From an uncultured Chloroflexia bacterium (GTDB taxonomy: Bacteria > Chloroflexota > Limnocylindria > Limnocylindrales > CSP1-4), in the NCBI GenBank assembly GCA_963817745.1, contig CAWFPC010000008.1, positions 432 to 64,431 of the forward strand: 64,000 bases of DNA, written 5' to 3'. The notes under the pieces are model-generated. The model had not been told where the DNA came from, did no database searches, and saw only the letters and a list, made by a program, of their open reading frames with translations. Made by a program: the position numbers and the translations under genes. Numbering within the stretch: the stretch's first letter is position 1; each line of letters opens with the position of its first letter. Of the stretch, positions 59,736-64,000 are shown piece by piece.

Positions 59736-62700
59736 ATGAAGTTCCTCTCCCGTTTCGTCGACTCGAACGACCGCGAGATCCGACGCATCCAGCCGCTGGT
59801 CGACGAGGCCAACGCGCTCGAGGCCGAGTTCGAGGCCCTGTCCGACGACGCGATCCGCGCCCAGATCGACGACATCCGGACCGAGATCCACGAGCAGGCC
59901 AAGCCCGACGAGCCGTCCGACGACGAGCTGCACCATCCTGACCTCGAACGCCGCCGCGAGCTGAAGAAGGCGCGCCGCAAGCGCGAGAACGAGCGCCTGC
60001 AGGCGGCCCTCGACGACGTCCTGCCCGAGGTCTTCGCGATGACCCGCGAGGCCATGAAGCGGACGCTCGGGATGCGCCACTTCGACGTGCAGTTCATCGG
60101 TGGCGCCGTCCTCCACCAGGGCAAGATCGCCGAGATGCGCACCGGCGAGGGCAAGACCCTCGTCGCGCCGCTGGCCGCGATCCTCAACTCGCTCACCGGT
60201 CGCGGGGTCCACGTCGTGACGGTGAACGACTACCTCGCCCGGCGCGACCCGCAGTGGATGGGGCCCATCTTCCATTTCCTCGGCGTCAGCGTCGGGATGA
60301 TCACCCACGACGCGTCGTTCGTGTTCGAGCCGGGCCACCCCACCAACGACGAGCGGCTCATCAACCTGCGCCCGGTGACCCGTCGCGAGGCCTACGCCGC
60401 TGACGTGACGTACGGCACGAACAACGAGTTCGGATTCGACTACCTGCGCGACAACATGGTCCTCGAGCTCGACCAGCGGGTCCAGCGCGAGCGCAGCTTC
60501 GCGATCGTCGACGAGGTCGACAACATCCTCATCGACGAGGCGCGCACCCCGCTCATCATCTCGGGCCAGGCCGAGGAGTCGGCCGACCTGTACTTCACGT
60601 TCGCGCGCCTCGTGCCGCGGCTGAAGGAACGGCCCGAGGGCGCCGAGGAGGGCGGTGACTACTTCATCGACCTGAAGGACCGCGCCGTCAGCCCGACCGA
60701 GATCGGCATCGACAAGATGGAGGGGTTCCTCAACGTCGAGAACCTCTACGACGCCGACCCGCGGCTGGCGCGCCACTTCGAACAGGCCCTCCGCGCCCAT
60801 GCGCTGTACAAGCGCGACCGCGACTACATCGTCAAGGACGGCGAGATCGTCATCGTCGACGAGTTCACCGGTCGCCAGATGCCCGGCCGCCGCTGGAGCG
60901 AGGGCCTCCACCAGGCGATCGAGGCGAAGGAGGGCCTGCGCGTCCAGCGCGAGAGCGTGACCCTCGCGACGATCACGTTCCAGAACTACTTCCGGCTGTA
61001 CGACAAGCTGTCCGGGATGACCGGTACGGCGATGACCGAGGCCGAGGAGTTCTTCAAGATCTACAACCTCGAGGTCGTCGCGGTGCCGACCCATCGCGAC
61101 ATGATCCGCGACGACTTCGCGGACCTCGTGTTCCGCGATGAGAACGCCAAGTTCAACGCGCTCATCGACGAGGTCGTGGAGATGCAGGAGGCCGGTCGGC
61201 CGGTCCTCGTCGGCACCGTCTCGGTCGAGAAGTCCGAGATCCTCTCGACGATGCTCAAGCGGCGCGGCATCAGGCACGAGACGCTGAACGCCAAGTTCCA
61301 CGAGAAGGAATCGGGCATCGTCGCGCAGGCGGGGCGCACCGGCGCGGTGACGATCGCCACGAACATGGCCGGCCGCGGCACGGACATCCTGCTCGGCGGC
61401 AACCCGGCCGGGCTCGCCTCCGAGGCGCTCCACAAGCGGGGGCTCAATCCGGCCGAGGTGGACGCCGCCACCATGGAGGCCGCCCTCGCCGAGGCGAAGG
61501 CCGAGACCGAGGCGGAGCACGTCCAGGTGGTCGATGCCGGCGGGCTGCACATCATCGGCACGGAGCGCCACGACTCGCGCCGCATCGACAACCAGCTCCG
61601 CGGCCGGGCGGGCCGCCAGGGCGACCCCGGGTCGTCGCGCTTCTACCTCTCGCTCGACGACGACCTCATGAAGCGCTTCGCCAGCGACCGCGTGACCGGG
61701 CTCATGGAACGGCTCGGGCTCGACGACGACGTCGCGATCGAGTCGAAGCTCGTGTCGCGCACGATCGAGAGCGCCCAGTCCCGTGTCGAGGGCTTCAACT
61801 TCGACATCCGCAAGCGCGTCGTCGAGTTCGACGACGTCATCAACAAGCAGCGCGAGACGATCTACGCCGAACGCGACAAGGTCCTCCACAACGAGGACCT
61901 GACCGAGACGGTCCAGACGTTCATCGACGACGAGATCGATGCGATCGTGGCGGCCGACCTCGCCGGCGACGATCCCGAGGCGTGGAACCTCGAAGGCCTC
62001 GCTGCCGCGCTCAACGCGATGGGCCTGTCGGGCGAGGGGACGACCCCCGACGAGCTGTGGGACATCGGTGGCCGCGAGGCCATCGCCGAGCACCTGCGCG
62101 AGCTCGCGGACGCGAAGCTCGCCGCCCGCGAAGCGGAGGTCGGTGCCGCCGACTGGGCACAGGTGGAGCGCGTGGTGCTGGTGCGGACCATCGATTCGCT
62201 GTGGGTCGAGCACCTGACCGAGCTCGACGACATGCGCCGCGGTATCGGCCTGCGCGGATATGCCCAGCAGGACCCGCTCAACGAGTTCCGGCGCGAGGCG
62301 TTCCGGATGTACGAGGAGTTCCGCGACCTGATCCGTCACGGCGTGGCCACCTCGGTCTTCCGGGTCACGGTCCAGCGCCAGCCGCCGCCGGGCGGGGACG
62401 CCGCCGTCGCGCAGTCGCTCGCACGCGGCGCGGCCGCGCTCCGTGCCGGCGCGACCAACGGCAGCGGCAACGGCGCCGATGGAGCGGGTACCGCCGGTGG
62501 CGCCGGTGGCGCCGCGCCACAGCCCGTGGCCGCGGTCGCGGGGTCCGCCATCCTTCGCGGCTCCCTGCCGACGGAGCCAAAGGTCCGGAACGTGCGCGAG
62601 TCGCTCGGCGACCAGCCGCTGCCCGGCGCGGGCGGTGCGTCCGCGGGCGGGGCTGCCGGCGGGGCGGGTGGCGACGCGCGGCCCGGCTATACGCCGACAG

Positions 62701-62774
62701 GGGAGCGGATCGGGCGGAACGACCCGTGCTGGTGCGGGTCGGGCGCCAAGTACAAGAAGTGCCACGGCCGCTGA
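59736..62774 (+). CDS. secA: Protein translocase subunit SecA
   Basis: EMRTGEGKT, DEVDNILIDEARTP, ATNMAGRGTDI, RIDNQLRGRAGRQGDPG, SEC-C CWCGSGAKYKKCH; start MKFLSRF with TATACT upstream. Confidence 0.99.
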   Translation: MKFLSRFVDSNDREIRRIQPLVDEANALEAEFEALSDDAIRAQIDDIRTEIHEQAKPDEPSDDELHHPDLERRRELKKARRKRENERLQAALDDVLPEVFAMTREAMKRTLGMRHFDVQFIGGAVLHQGKIAEMRTGEGKTLVAPLAAILNSLTGRGVHVVTVNDYLARRDPQWMGPIFHFLGVSVGMITHDASFVFEPGHPTNDERLINLRPVTRREAYAADVTYGTNNEFGFDYLRDNMVLELDQRVQRERSFAIVDEVDNILIDEARTPLIISGQAEESADLYFTFARLVPRLKERPEGAEEGGDYFIDLKDRAVSPTEIGIDKMEGFLNVENLYDADPRLARHFEQALRAHALYKRDRDYIVKDGEIVIVDEFTGRQMPGRRWSEGLHQAIEAKEGLRVQRESVTLATITFQNYFRLYDKLSGMTGTAMTEAEEFFKIYNLEVVAVPTHRDMIRDDFADLVFRDENAKFNALIDEVVEMQEAGRPVLVGTVSVEKSEILSTMLKRRGIRHETLNAKFHEKESGIVAQAGRTGAVTIATNMAGRGTDILLGGNPAGLASEALHKRGLNPAEVDAATMEAALAEAKAETEAEHVQVVDAGGLHIIGTERHDSRRIDNQLRGRAGRQGDPGSSRFYLSLDDDLMKRFASDRVTGLMERLGLDDDVAIESKLVSRTIESAQSRVEGFNFDIRKRVVEFDDVINKQRETIYAERDKVLHNEDLTETVQTFIDDEIDAIVAADLAGDDPEAWNLEGLAAALNAMGLSGEGTTPDELWDIGGREAIAEHLRELADAKLAAREAEVGAADWAQVERVVLVRTIDSLWVEHLTELDDMRRGIGLRGYAQQDPLNEFRREAFRMYEEFRDLIRHGVATSVFRVTVQRQPPPGGDAAVAQSLARGAAALRAGATNGSGNGADGAGTAGGAGGAAPQPVAAVAGSAILRGSLPTEPKVRNVRESLGDQPLPGAGGASAGGAAGGAGGDARPGYTPTGERIGRNDPCWCGSGAKYKKCHGR

Positions 62775-62787
62775 CCCGCCGTCGCGA

Positions 62788-63393
62788 ATGGGGATCGTCA
62801 CTCGTCTGCTCGTCCTGGCCACCGTCTCCGGCATCGCCGTCGCCGGCTATACGACGTACCGCATCTGGGAGCAGGGCGGTCGCGACGAGCAGCGACCCGC
62901 CGACGCCATCGTCGTGATGGGTGCCGCCCAGTACGACGGGCGACCCTCCCCGGTCTTCGCGGCCCGACTGGATCACGCCGTGGAGCTGTATCGCGCGGGC
63001 GTGGCGCCGCGGCTCGTGGTCACGGGCGGCAAGGCCGACGGCGACCGGACGACCGAAGCCGCCTCGGCCCGTGACTACGCGATCGCCCGGGGCGTGGACC
63101 CCGACGACATCCTGGTCGAGGACCGCAGCCGGACCACCCTCGAGTCGATCCGCGGTGTGTCCGCGCTGATGAGCGAGGCACAGCTCTCGAGCGCGGTGTT
63201 CGTGAGCGACCCCGCGCACATGCTCCGCGTGCTGCGGATGGCCGGCGACGCCGGGATCACGGCCTGGGGCTCGCCGACCCGCACGAGCCCGATCGACGCC
63301 GATCCGGTCGCGACGGTCGATGCCGTCATCCACGAGCTCGGCGGGCTTGCCGCGTACCTGCTGGGTGGCGGCACCGTCCTCCGGGGGTCCTGA
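62788..63393 (+). CDS. YdcF/ElyC/SanA (DUF218) family protein
   Basis: N-terminal TM; ADAIVVMGAA..., ARLDHA, VTGG, TEA, EDRSRTTLES, SDPAHMLR. Confidence 0.9.
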   Translation: MGIVTRLLVLATVSGIAVAGYTTYRIWEQGGRDEQRPADAIVVMGAAQYDGRPSPVFAARLDHAVELYRAGVAPRLVVTGGKADGDRTTEAASARDYAIARGVDPDDILVEDRSRTTLESIRGVSALMSEAQLSSAVFVSDPAHMLRVLRMAGDAGITAWGSPTRTSPIDADPVATVDAVIHELGGLAAYLLGGGTVLRGS

Positions 63394-63441
63394 CAGGGCT
63401 CCTCCGAGCCCGCCGCGCACGCATCCAGCACGGATTCGCGC

Positions 63442-63480
63442 ATTTCCCCCCTTGGCGGGGGGAGATTGGCCCTGTACACT
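63442..63480 (+). promoter_or_regulatory. Sigma70-type promoter with palindrome centred on the -35
   Basis: TTGGCG-N17-TACACT; ATTTCCCCCC/GGGGGGAGAT inverted repeat (63442-63466) flanks the -35. Confidence 0.7.
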
Positions 63481-63575
63481 GTGCCAAAACCTGTCGCTCC
63501 GGACCGCTCGTGCTCCCACGACAGGTAGCTCTCAGCCCGTCGCCAGTGCCCAGCGCCGTACAGAGAGGTAGCACG

Positions 63576-63800
63576 TTGAAGCAGGCCGAGGACGCAGCGT
63601 TCGTCGATCTCATCGCCTGTGAACGTGATTGCCGGAATTGCAGCTACGCAGCTGCACTCGACTGCGACGGCAACTGCGGTGTCTGCCCCCACAACGGCTA
63701 CTGTCCGTGCGTGAACCCCGTCGTCGCTCGGAGCAAGACGGCCCTGCGGCTCATCGAGCTGCGGCCCATCCTGCTCCAGGATCTGCAGGGCCGGAACTAG
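63576..63800 (+). CDS. Small cysteine-rich protein, 74 aa, tandem CX3CX2C motifs
   Basis: GAGAGG RBS + TTG start; CERDCRNC-X7-CDGNCGVC-X5-CPC; stop abuts the prfB start. Confidence 0.75.
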   Translation: MKQAEDAAFVDLIACERDCRNCSYAAALDCDGNCGVCPHNGYCPCVNPVVARSKTALRLIELRPILLQDLQGRN

Positions 63801-64000
63801 GTGGACGCGTCCGCCGTCCGCGACCTGGCCGAACGGATCCGATCGACCTCGGGGCGTCTTTGACCTCGAGGCCAAGGCAGAGCGAGTCAGCCAGCTCGAG
63901 ACGCTGACCCAGGAACCAGGGTTCTGGGACGACCAGCGCGGCGCCCAGAAGGTCCTGCGCGAGGCCAACGACCTCCGGTCCGAGATCGACACGTGGGGTG
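63801..64000 (+). CDS. prfB: Peptide chain release factor 2, 5' part, with programmed +1 frameshift
   Basis: 20 codons to CTT TGA C; the +1 frame continues DLEAKAERV...EPGFWDDQRGAQ; follows secA as in many Terrabacteria. Confidence 0.93.
63851..63864 (+). other. RF2 programmed +1 ribosomal frameshift site
   Basis: GGGG-CGT-CTT-TGA-C: SD-like G run 3 nt before the slippery CTT-TGA. Confidence 0.92.

Noticed and set aside
63576-63800. RiPP (ranthipeptide/sactipeptide) precursor
   Set aside because: No radical SAM maturase, protease or exporter is adjacent, and the Cys cluster is central with a folded-looking C-terminus; not excluded if a maturase lies elsewhere.

Overview
High-GC bacterial chromosomal segment, densely coding, from a monoderm Terrabacteria lineage. 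It is most consistent with Chloroflexota, possibly Limnocylindria-like; this is an inference from gene content and order, not a database match. About 30 genes, including essential ones (murA, atpB, atpF, gyrA, mrdA, prmC), carry 1-bp indels. These are best explained as long-read consensus errors, so many gene ends are reconstructed across frames and are approximate. Layout: (1) 1-15.3 kb, + strand: kinase / NarL-DegU-type regulator / DegS-like kinase with a degenerate ATP-binding domain, four Flp pilin genes (three as repeated pilin-terminator units, two with a shared promoter and leader), cpaB-cpaE-cpaF-tadB-tadC-DUF192, an XRE-HTH/PD-(D/E)XK fusion, comF, hpf, nfo and a GT-C glycosyltransferase. 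(2) 15.5-50.1 kb, mostly - strand: rplU-rpmA-rpmE, DUF1385-prfA-[glycogen debranching enzyme]-prmC-cof-tsaC-glyA-wecA, the atp operon, murA, mreB, mreD-mrdA-rodA and a CBS/NhaD/CPA2 ion-transport cluster. (3) 50.3-64 kb, + strand: two parS sites, parA-parB-gyrB-[thioesterase-AlkD]-gyrA-prs-secA-ydcF, a small 8-Cys protein, and prfB with its programmed +1 frameshift. No tRNA, rRNA, CRISPR array or transposase was recognised. Best candidates for new biology: a DegS-type pseudokinase relay next to a Tad pilus locus with amplified pilin cassettes and a phosphorylatable CpaE; a tandem CX3CX2C miniprotein with its own operator-bearing promoter, abutting prfB; and unusual quinolone-pocket residues in both gyrase subunits.
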